From a virus (Duplodnaviria; Caudoviricetes): a stretch of 26,809 bases of DNA. Under the pieces are notes generated by a model. The model had not been told where the DNA came from, did not search any database, and saw nothing but the letters and a program-made list of their open reading frames with translations. The stretch's first letter is position 1, and every line of letters begins with the position of its first letter. The translations under genes were made by a program, and so were the position numbers. The stretch covers positions 1 through 26,809 of IMG/VR virus record IMGVR_UViG_3300024038_000005. One strand, given 5' to 3'. Below are positions 17,384-23,994 of the stretch, one piece after another.

Positions 17384-17761
17384 ATGAAGATGGACGATAT
17401 CTACGCAACGCGCCTCACTCGGTTCCGCCAGCTCTTGGATGAGCGCTTCGGGGGCAAACAGGCCGCAATTGCCAATGCCGTCGGCAAGCCGGCGAACTAC
17501 GTTTCGCGGGTGCTCAACGGCACAAAAAAGCTGGGAGAGGAGATGGTGCGCGAGTTCGAGCTATCACTGAACCTCCCGGCCTATTGGTTTGATGGCCTCG
17601 ACGACCTCGGCGTTTGGCCGTTCGCGACCATCAGCCGCCAGGCCTACGAAGGTCTGACGCCCGAGCAGCGCCGCGGTATAGAACAGTGGGTTTCCCGCCA
17701 GGTCGAGGCATATGGAGACGCGCCGGTTGTCAAAAGTGGCAAAGCCGAGAAAGCCGCCTGA
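17384..17761 (+). CDS. cI: CI-like prophage repressor (125 aa; HTH with no S24 peptidase domain)
   Basis: 'RLTRFRQLLDERFGGKQAAIANAVGKPANYVSRVLNG...LGEEMVREFELSLNLP.YWFD' HTH; divergent from cro across the operators. Confidence 0.85.
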   Translation: MKMDDIYATRLTRFRQLLDERFGGKQAAIANAVGKPANYVSRVLNGTKKLGEEMVREFELSLNLPAYWFDGLDDLGVWPFATISRQAYEGLTPEQRRGIEQWVSRQVEAYGDAPVVKSGKAEKAA

Positions 17762-17861
17762 TCCGCGGCAGTTGGCCCTCGTCTGGTCCTGTGGAAAATT
17801 TTTAGCCTAGGTGTGACGAAATGAGAATAGCGAAACAGAACCACACGCCGCGAGCACTCCT

Positions 17862-18353
17862 ATGATGAACTGGTTGCTGCGAAAGGCGACCAACGCCGCT
17901 CAGCGGTCTCAAGAGACTGAAATGCTCTCTTTTGTACAGTCGCTCAAAGGCATGACTTCGGACGAACTAGCCACCTTGTTAGTCGCTGCCACACGCCAAC
18001 GGATCAACCTTACCGATTTCGGCGTACATCTGACTGAAGCTCTAGATGGCATGGCCCCTCCAGGCTACGAGGCATACCCTCTAAAGATCGGATCGGCACT
18101 CAGACAAATGCAAAGAGACAAAGACTTCGCCGCCGCCGGGGCAATGATGATCTGGGCCCACTCAATGCGGGCTGTAGTTTCTCCTCCGCTTCGCATTCAC
18201 GGGAAGTCGGTATGGGCCGAGTTGCTGCGTGGGATTCCTCGAGTGGCAGATGCCTGGATCAACTTACGATTTGCCGGATTGCCACTCGCCGGGGTCGTCA
18301 CCCCTGAAGACTGCGAGTATGTTCCCATACTGCTTGACCCAAGAATTAGCTAG
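17862..18353 (+). CDS. Hypothetical accessory protein (163 aa), immunity-region cassette gene 1
   Basis: Long ORF with AT-richer codon usage than its flanks; next ATG follows 2 nt after the stop; weak SD. Confidence 0.7.
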   Translation: MMNWLLRKATNAAQRSQETEMLSFVQSLKGMTSDELATLLVAATRQRINLTDFGVHLTEALDGMAPPGYEAYPLKIGSALRQMQRDKDFAAAGAMMIWAHSMRAVVSPPLRIHGKSVWAELLRGIPRVADAWINLRFAGLPLAGVVTPEDCEYVPILLDPRIS

Positions 18354-18355
18354 CG

Positions 18356-18685
18356 ATGACCGATCTTGATGCCCTCATACCTACTGCCGCCCTGGCCCCC
18401 GCCGCTTGGCTGATTTGGCTTTCCGCGCGTGCACTCCTTTCACCGGAAGAGCGCGGTCATGCTGTCAATGCCCTCTCCCGCGACCCAGTTCTTTTCATTC
18501 TGGTCACCGGCCTCGCCCTGTCGGTCACATGCATGCTGCTCTGGATCGGCACGCAAGGCGCCCTACCGCTTGGTAAGTCTGTTTTCGGAGTGGCCGGGTT
18601 TGGCTTCGCGGCGTTGGTCTGGCATGAGGCATTTGGCCGAAAGCGTCGGAATCGCTCCTCTACCGAGTATAGGAGACCTCGATGA
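18356..18685 (+). CDS. Small membrane protein (~3 TM segments, basic C-terminal tail), cassette gene 2
   Basis: Hydrophobic stretches 'LIPTAALAPAAWLIWLSA', 'VLFILVTGLALSVTCMLLWIG' and 'VFGVAGFGFAALVW'; tail GRKRRNR. Confidence 0.7.
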   Translation: MTDLDALIPTAALAPAAWLIWLSARALLSPEERGHAVNALSRDPVLFILVTGLALSVTCMLLWIGTQGALPLGKSVFGVAGFGFAALVWHEAFGRKRRNRSSTEYRRPR

Positions 18686-18981
18686 CTAGTCGTGCAGCAC
18701 GTTGCCTAACCGCTTGGGCCATCGCATGGTGCTTCGGAAGTGCCCCCCCTATAGCCGTGGCCGATGACTGGCAACCCGATCACGATTGCACGAAACCCTA
18801 CAAACCCTATACGTTCTCGTCGCAATGGGAGATCGAGAATTTCCGGAATGAAGTGGAGGACTACAAGCGCTGCATCGCCGAGTTCGTCGAAGAGCAGAAG
18901 GATGCAATTCACAACCATACACAGGCGATAGATGACGCCATCGACGAATGGAACGATTTCGTGCGGATGGAGTTGAATTGA
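18682..18981 (+). CDS. Secreted/periplasmic acidic helical protein, cassette gene 3
   Basis: SD AGGAG and ATGA overlap. Signal-peptide-like N-terminus ending AVA|DD; the mature part has two Cys. Confidence 0.75.
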   Translation: MTSRAARCLTAWAIAWCFGSAPPIAVADDWQPDHDCTKPYKPYTFSSQWEIENFRNEVEDYKRCIAEFVEEQKDAIHNHTQAIDDAIDEWNDFVRMELN

Positions 18982-19030
18982 TAGCCCCCAGTGAAGTAGC
19001 TTAACCACCACAGCACGGGCCCTTGCATCG

Positions 19031-19054
19031 GCCGCCTTCGGGCGGTTTTTCTTT
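19031..19054 (+). terminator. Intrinsic terminator ending the cI/accessory transcript
   Basis: GCCGCC-ttcg-GGCGGT followed by TTTTCTTT. Confidence 0.88.
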
Positions 19055-19071
19055 GCCTGTTACAAAAAAGA

Positions 19072-19123
19072 TTACCTTTAGGTGCATAAATTTCTTGCTC
19101 ATAAATTTACCTGTGGGTAATCT
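19072..19123 (+). promoter_or_regulatory. PL-like promoter (TTGCTC-N17-TAATCT) with OL operators
   Basis: -35 at 19095-19100 and -10 at 19118-19123; operators TTACCtttaGGTGC at 19072-19085 and TTACCtgtgGGTAA at 19107-19120. Confidence 0.8.
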
Positions 19124-19129
19124 ACTCCC

Positions 19130-19611
19130 ATGCACTCACCACCCGGTGAGCAACAGATGAACAACGACTCGCAGAACGGTCTAGGCGGAAGCCAGCTTAG
19201 TAACGAGTCAGCAGCAGCACCAGCAGTACCGCTCTTTAACAACCGATGTGCAAAACGTTCCGCACCCGCCGAGAGGCGATGCGACAGGGGAGATTGCGGA
19301 AGCCCTGGACAGAAAGATGCCGAAAAACGCGACCGTCAGCAGTTGCCCTAGCGCGGGCAGCAGCACTGCGAAGCGGGAGCGCGTTCCAGTTGGACGCCAA
19401 GAATCGACCGATGGCGCGTAATCGTGTTGATGACCACCGGGAGTAGACCGGGAACCACTGCATTGCGAGCCGGCCCTGCCGGGAGTTGCGCAACCAGCAG
19501 TGCGGGCAGGGATGGCGCTGAGTGATTGCGTCACCCTGCCCCGGAATTCATCCGCCAGCCCGTTCTATGAGCGATGGCTGACGAATGAACACCTCACCGG
19601 CAGGTGAGCAA
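19130..19611 (+). ncRNA. Structured 5' leader of the PL operon (multiple hairpins); family unknown
   Basis: No convincing SD-led ORF. Stems at 19166-19209, 19258-19307, 19456-19502, 19504-19541, 19547-19589 and 19593-19608. Confidence 0.45.
19230..19242 (+). promoter_or_regulatory. boxA antitermination element (nutL-like)
   Basis: CGCTCTTTAACAA matches the lambdoid/rrn boxA consensus, about 100 nt after PL. Confidence 0.8.
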
Positions 19612-19622
19612 GGGAGAACAGC

Positions 19623-19838
19623 ATGGATCAAATTGTCGACACCTACGGCGCTGCCGTCAGGAACCTGTACGAAATCCGCACCACCGCGAAGGGGCCGGCC
19701 GTTGCCCGTCTGACCTCGAACACGCCTGAGGCCGCGCGCCACCGCTACAGCCGCAACAGCGGTTCGCTGGCGCCGACCTGGGCCGTGCTGGTGTCCCGCG
19801 CTTTCCCGCAAGACCTCTGCCTGATCCTTCCCGCCTGA
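19623..19838 (+). CDS. Hypothetical 71-aa protein, first clear gene of the PL operon
   Basis: SD GGGAG and host-like codon usage. Confidence 0.7.
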   Translation: MDQIVDTYGAAVRNLYEIRTTAKGPAVARLTSNTPEAARHRYSRNSGSLAPTWAVLVSRAFPQDLCLILPA

Positions 19839-19870
19839 CCCACTGCCCGCGTGGCGGGCTAGGAGAAACC

Positions 19871-20506
19871 ATGCAACATCAAATCAAGAGCATTTCCGGC
19901 GCCGTGCTGTTCACGGCTGACGTGCCCGAGGGCACCGAGAGCGGGCTGATTGCCCGTGTCGCGCTGGAGCAGGCCGTGGAGGCCCGCGCGAACCTGCGCG
20001 GCGCGAACCTGGGCGGCGCGTACCTGCGCGGCGCGAACCTGCGCGGCGCGGACCTGGGCGGCGCGTACCTGGGCGGCGCGGACCTGGGCGGCGCGAACCT
20101 GGGCGGCGCGTACCTGCGCGGCGCGGACCTGCGCGGCGCGGACCTGGGCGGCGCGTACCTGGGCGGCGCGGACCTGGGCGGCGCGTACCTGGGCGGCGCG
20201 GACCTGGGCGGCGCGGACCTGGGCGAGCTGCGCAGCATCTGGGGCACCAGCGGCAACCTCCGCGAGGTCAAGGCCATCCAGTGCGAGACCTACCCGGTCG
20301 CCTACACCGCGACGCACATGCAAATCGGCTGCCAGTTCCACACGCTGGAGGCGTGGTGGGGCTTCTCCGACCAGGAAATCAGCCGTATGGCCGGCGATGC
20401 GCTGGCGTGGTGGCAGAAGTGGAAGCCGGTGCTGCACACGATCGTCACCATGTCGCCGGCCGTGCCCGGCGCCGAGAAACCGGCCGAGCAGCAGGAAGCT
20501 GCCTGA
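19871..20506 (+). CDS. Pentapeptide-repeat protein with a DUF5758-like C-terminal domain
   Basis: 16 A[N/D/Y]L[R/G]G units; C-terminal 'MQIGCQFHTLEAWWGFSDQEISRM..DALAWWQKWK'; SD AGGAG. Confidence 0.88.
   Translation: MQHQIKSISGAVLFTADVPEGTESGLIARVALEQAVEARANLRGANLGGAYLRGANLRGADLGGAYLGGADLGGANLGGAYLRGADLRGADLGGAYLGGADLGGAYLGGADLGGADLGELRSIWGTSGNLREVKAIQCETYPVAYTATHMQIGCQFHTLEAWWGFSDQEISRMAGDALAWWQKWKPVLHTIVTMSPAVPGAEKPAEQQEAA
19988..20227 (+). repeat. Coding minisatellite, 16 x 15 bp (GCG-DAC-CTG-SGC-GGC)
   Basis: Read directly. Units differ only at position 4 (A/G/T) and position 10 (C/G), apart from the final codon. Confidence 0.95.
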
Positions 20507-20547
20507 CCCCTATCACCCGCCCCGGGTGCCGGGGCAAGGAGACATCC

Positions 20548-20793
20548 ATGGACACGATCACCACCTGCCAGGCCGTCGCTGCGATGCAGAAGTACGGCGG
20601 CAATGGCGTTAAGAAACTGGCGGCCTGCTGGCTGTCGTTCGACGCGGAGAAGCGTGCGCGTCTTGAATCCGCGTTCAAACCGGAATTCGACCGCTACCGC
20701 GTGATGGCGAATCAGGAGGGCGACTATGCGGCCCAGCAGACGCTGGCCCAGCGTGCGGCGCTGGACGTGGCTGCTTGCGAGTGCAGGAACTGA
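20548..20793 (+). CDS. Hypothetical 81-aa phage protein
   Basis: SD AAGGAG; 'AMQKYGG..VKKLAACW...D..KRARL..AF..EF.RY' motif. Confidence 0.75.
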   Translation: MDTITTCQAVAAMQKYGGNGVKKLAACWLSFDAEKRARLESAFKPEFDRYRVMANQEGDYAAQQTLAQRAALDVAACECRN

Positions 20794-20796
20794 GCC

Positions 20797-21150
20797 ATGG
20801 CCTACCCCCAGCGCAAACTTACGCCCGAGCAGGAGCTGCGCGTGGATCTCGAATGGGATCTTCGTCTGGCCTTGCGTGACGGCAAGGATGTCATTTTCCA
20901 GCGCGCCTATGGTCCTGAATCCGAGAGTGCAGCGGACGCGGTGTACCAGGACAGCATCGGCACGCCGGCGCTGGTGACTGCCTATCAGGAAGCCGTGCAG
21001 GCCTTTGCCCGCGGCGACACCTACGGCCGGATCGGTGAGCTGTTCACCGAGTTCATGCGCCAGGCCAGCGCGCACTACGTGGAAACGCTGGCCTCGGGCG
21101 TCGAAGACCCCGAAATGCGGCTGCGCGTGACCTTCGGGAGGAAGCAATGA
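20797..21150 (+). CDS. Hypothetical acidic 117-aa protein
   Basis: Operon packing and codon usage. Confidence 0.7.
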   Translation: MAYPQRKLTPEQELRVDLEWDLRLALRDGKDVIFQRAYGPESESAADAVYQDSIGTPALVTAYQEAVQAFARGDTYGRIGELFTEFMRQASAHYVETLASGVEDPEMRLRVTFGRKQ

Positions 21151-21458
21151 CGACGAAACACACGCCCAATCCAGTCTTCATCAGTCCTGATCAGGTGTAC
21201 GAGCTGAACGAAAAGCATGGCTGGTTCCAGTTCGGCGATGCGCAGAGCGACGTCAGCAACGCCTTCGCCAACGAGGCTATCGCGCGCTACGAGCGTATCC
21301 GCAGCGCCGCGCCGGAGCTGCTGGCCGCCCTGGAATCCGAGGAAGAATGGCGCGCCCGAGAAGATGCTGGCGAGCTCGACCCCGAATGGGACTACGACAC
21401 GATGGTGGCCTCAAAGCGCCGCGCCGCCATCGCCAAGGCCAAGGGAGAGCAGCAATGA
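21147..21458 (+). CDS. Hypothetical protein of the 'KHTP...AAPELL...RAAIAKA' phage family
   Basis: ATGA overlaps at both ends; conserved terminal motifs. Confidence 0.75.
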   Translation: MTTKHTPNPVFISPDQVYELNEKHGWFQFGDAQSDVSNAFANEAIARYERIRSAAPELLAALESEEEWRAREDAGELDPEWDYDTMVASKRRAAIAKAKGEQQ

Positions 21459-21898
21459 ACAAGATCAACGACGGCGGCCCGGCGTTCAACTGCACCAAGT
21501 GCGGGGTCCAGTTCGAACCCAAAGCGTGGCAGATCACCGGCCGTGATAAGCGCTGCCCGGCCTGCAAGCGAGCCCAACAAAACGCCGCGAACGCAGCCAA
21601 GGGCGACCGCTTGAAGGAAGAAGCCAAGGCCGCCTATCAACGGCGGAAGGCCTATTACGACGGGTACTGGACCGACAAGAAATCGTCCGAGGATCACCGC
21701 ATTAAGCGGGCGGCGCGCCGAAAGGTGGCGACCGAGATTGAAGCTGGCCGACTGCATCGCAAACCTTGCGAGGTCTGCGGCGCCCAGCGCTCAGACGCTC
21801 ACCACGACGATTACACGAAGCCGTTGGCGGTCAATTGGCTCTGCCATAGCCACCACATGCTTCGTCACGCCATGCTGGCCGCGCGAGGTGCCCAATGA
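21455..21898 (+). CDS. Zn-ribbon plus HNH-like nuclease-domain protein
   Basis: CxxC/CxxC, then 'PCEVCG...DAHHDDYTKPLAVNWLCHSHH..RH'; ATG at 21455 overlaps the upstream TGA. Confidence 0.75.
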   Translation: MNKINDGGPAFNCTKCGVQFEPKAWQITGRDKRCPACKRAQQNAANAAKGDRLKEEAKAAYQRRKAYYDGYWTDKKSSEDHRIKRAARRKVATEIEAGRLHRKPCEVCGAQRSDAHHDDYTKPLAVNWLCHSHHMLRHAMLAARGAQ

Positions 21899-22098
21899 GC
21901 GAAATGATCGAAGCATACAAGGCGCTCAAGGACCACAAGAAGGCGGTCCGCGCCAAGTACGGCGTGAGCTGCCCGGCCTGCAAGGTCGCGCGTCCCAAGG
22001 CCCACCCGACCATTCTGATGCCGCAGCAGCGCTGCAAGGTCGACGGCTACCGCGACCCGCGCCCGGAATTGACCGAAGAGGAGTGGCAATCCGTATGA
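21895..22098 (+). CDS. Hypothetical 67-aa Cys-containing protein
   Basis: SD GAGGT; ATGA overlaps at both ends; 'CPAC...RCKVDGYRDPRP'. Confidence 0.75.
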   Translation: MSEMIEAYKALKDHKKAVRAKYGVSCPACKVARPKAHPTILMPQQRCKVDGYRDPRPELTEEEWQSV

Positions 22099-22268
22099 AG
22101 CGCCTCCTGAAAGACCGCGACAACCGCGTCGCCGCCTACGTCGTGGCGGGCGTGCTGACCGCCCTGCTCTTCGGCTACGGCGAAGTCCAGCAGCGCGACG
22201 AGCAAGCCCAATCCACCCTCACCGCCTGCGAAGGCTGCGGCAAGACCGTGGTCGTCGCGAAGGAATGA
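22095..22268 (+). CDS. Small single-TM protein (57 aa)
   Basis: ATGA overlaps; hydrophobic 'VAAYVVAGVLTALLFGYG' and a C-terminal CEGC. Confidence 0.65.
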   Translation: MKRLLKDRDNRVAAYVVAGVLTALLFGYGEVQQRDEQAQSTLTACEGCGKTVVVAKE

Positions 22269-23263
22269 CCTTGAACAACCTCGCAGTCATCACCCAGGAC
22301 ATCTACGGCACCCGCGACTCGTTCGCGGCAGTGCTGACCGACCAGAGCATCAGCTTCGAGAAGGAAGCCGGCTTCGCCATCCAGGTCCTGCAGAACAACG
22401 ACTACACCCTGGGCGTGGCGATGAAGAATCGCCAGTCGGTGGTCAACGCGGTCACGAACGTGGCTGCCATCGGGATCAGCCTGAACCCGGCGAAGCGCCA
22501 GGCGTATCTGGTTCCGCGCGACGGCCGGATCTGCCTGGACATCAGCTACATGGGCCTGATTGACCTGGCGGTCGCCACCGGCTCCATTCGCTGGGCGCAG
22601 GCCGAGCTGGTGCGCGCCAATGACACGTTCGCCCTGAACGGCTTCGATGCGCCGCCCACGCACGTTTTCAACCCGTTCAGCAAGGATCGCGGCGAAATCG
22701 TCGGCGCCTACGTGGTGGTCAAGACCGCCGACGGCGACTATCTGACCACGCCCATGAGCCGGGACGACATCGACGCGATCATGAACCGCTCGCAGTCGGT
22801 GAAGTCGGGCAAGTCGTCGCCCTGGAAGACCGACTACGGCGAGATGGCCAAAAAGACGGTGGTCAAGCGCGCCTACAAGTACTGGCCGAAGAACGACCGG
22901 CTGTCCGAGGCGATCCACCACCTGAACACCGACGGCGGCGAAGGGTTAGCCACCACCGGCGGCGCACCTGTCGATCCTGACCTGCTGCCGCGCCTGCGCA
23001 AGCTGGTGGAAGCCGCGCCGGACGCCGCCGCACTCGAGAAGGTGTGGAAGGACGGTCTGGCCGAGGTACGCGCCACCAAGGACATGGGCATCTACAACAC
23101 CTTCAAGGCCGCCGTGGCTGCCCGCGGCGCCGTGCTGCGCGGCGAGGCCGTGCCCACCACCACCCCGCCGGACGACGGCAAGACCATCGACGAGCCGCCC
23201 CGCGACCCGTCCGACCCCGACGACGGCTTCGGCCGTGACGACCAAGGAGGTACCCAGGAATGA
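22265..23263 (+). CDS. recT: RecT-family single-strand annealing recombinase
   Basis: 'GISLNPAKRQAYLVPR...ISYMGLIDLA' and 'PWKTDYGEMAKKTVVKRAYKYWP' motifs. Confidence 0.92.
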   Translation: MTLNNLAVITQDIYGTRDSFAAVLTDQSISFEKEAGFAIQVLQNNDYTLGVAMKNRQSVVNAVTNVAAIGISLNPAKRQAYLVPRDGRICLDISYMGLIDLAVATGSIRWAQAELVRANDTFALNGFDAPPTHVFNPFSKDRGEIVGAYVVVKTADGDYLTTPMSRDDIDAIMNRSQSVKSGKSSPWKTDYGEMAKKTVVKRAYKYWPKNDRLSEAIHHLNTDGGEGLATTGGAPVDPDLLPRLRKLVEAAPDAAALEKVWKDGLAEVRATKDMGIYNTFKAAVAARGAVLRGEAVPTTTPPDDGKTIDEPPRDPSDPDDGFGRDDQGGTQE

Positions 23264-23907
23264 ACCGCTACATCCTCTCCCCTCATGAGCAAGGCAGCGA
23301 CGGCTGGTTGCTGGACCGCTGCGGCCGGGTCACTGGGTCGCGCGCGGCGGATATGCTGGCGATGACCGCCAAGAAGGAATGGTCCGCCAAGCGCGCGGAC
23401 TACAAGTTCGAGCTGGCCATCGAGGTGCTGACGGGCATGCCTCAGGGCAACGACTTCGTCACCCGCGAAATGCAATGGGGCATCGACCAAGAGCCGTTCG
23501 CCCGCATGGCCTATGAAGAGAAGTCCGGCAACGTGGCCATCGAAAGCGGCTTCATGTACCTGCCGGACGTGGACGCGGGTTGCAGCGTTGACGGCCTCTT
23601 CGTGGAAGACGGGCGCCGCGGCGTGCTGGAAACGAAGTGCCCGAAGAGCACGACGCACATCCGCTACTTGGAAGCGGGCGTCGTGCCGGACCAGTACCGC
23701 CCGCAGTGCCTGCACAACGTGTGGGTGACCGGCGCCGCGTTTGCCGACTTCGTGTCGTTCGATCCGCGTTTCCCGGAAGAACTGCAACTGTTCGTCTGCC
23801 GCTACACCCCCACCGCCGAGGAACTGGCCGCGCACGAAAAGGCCGTGCTGCTGTTCCTGGCCGAGCGCGACGAGCTGGTGGCCCAGCTCAAGCGCCTGGC
23901 CGCCTGA
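23260..23907 (+). CDS. YqaJ / lambda exonuclease-family protein
   Basis: 'QGSDGWLLDRCGRVTGS', 'MQWGIDQEP.AR..YE', 'CSVDGL...LETKCP' and 'DFVSFDPR'. Confidence 0.9.
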   Translation: MNRYILSPHEQGSDGWLLDRCGRVTGSRAADMLAMTAKKEWSAKRADYKFELAIEVLTGMPQGNDFVTREMQWGIDQEPFARMAYEEKSGNVAIESGFMYLPDVDAGCSVDGLFVEDGRRGVLETKCPKSTTHIRYLEAGVVPDQYRPQCLHNVWVTGAAFADFVSFDPRFPEELQLFVCRYTPTAEELAAHEKAVLLFLAERDELVAQLKRLAA

Positions 23908-23994
23908 TCTCCCCAGGGCGGCGCCTCACCAACGGAGGCATCCCGGCGTCGCCCGCCCATTTCCCCAGCAGCACAACCTACGGAGCAATCCCGC

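Noticed and set aside
11862-17385. Extended N-termini in the ORF track (for example starts at 12080, 12883, 13410, 14048, 14836, 15973, 17177, 17385)
   Set aside because: Downstream starts with ATGA/GTGA coupling, SD sites or promoter position fit better, and the extensions overlap neighbouring genes or operators.
19130-19351. 73-aa ORF at the start of the PL transcript
   Set aside because: Composition is unprotein-like and it overlaps boxA and RNA stems. A leaderless start at 19130 cannot be fully excluded, but there is no positive support.
19360-19455. tRNA or ZTP-riboswitch-like sequence in the PL leader
   Set aside because: No cloverleaf or T-loop GTTC(G/A)A pattern was found. The CCACCGGGAG resemblance lacks the other conserved ZTP elements.
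19578-19590. CTGACGA as a hammerhead ribozyme core
   Set aside because: No following stem II plus GAAA; the bases are part of a simple long hairpin.
19988-20227. AAC/GAC/TAC variation as DGR adenine mutagenesis, or the array as a CRISPR
   Set aside because: There is no reverse transcriptase or TR/VR pair in the window. The second A of AAC never varies and a C/G site also varies. Units are contiguous with no spacers. N/D/Y is normal pentapeptide variation.
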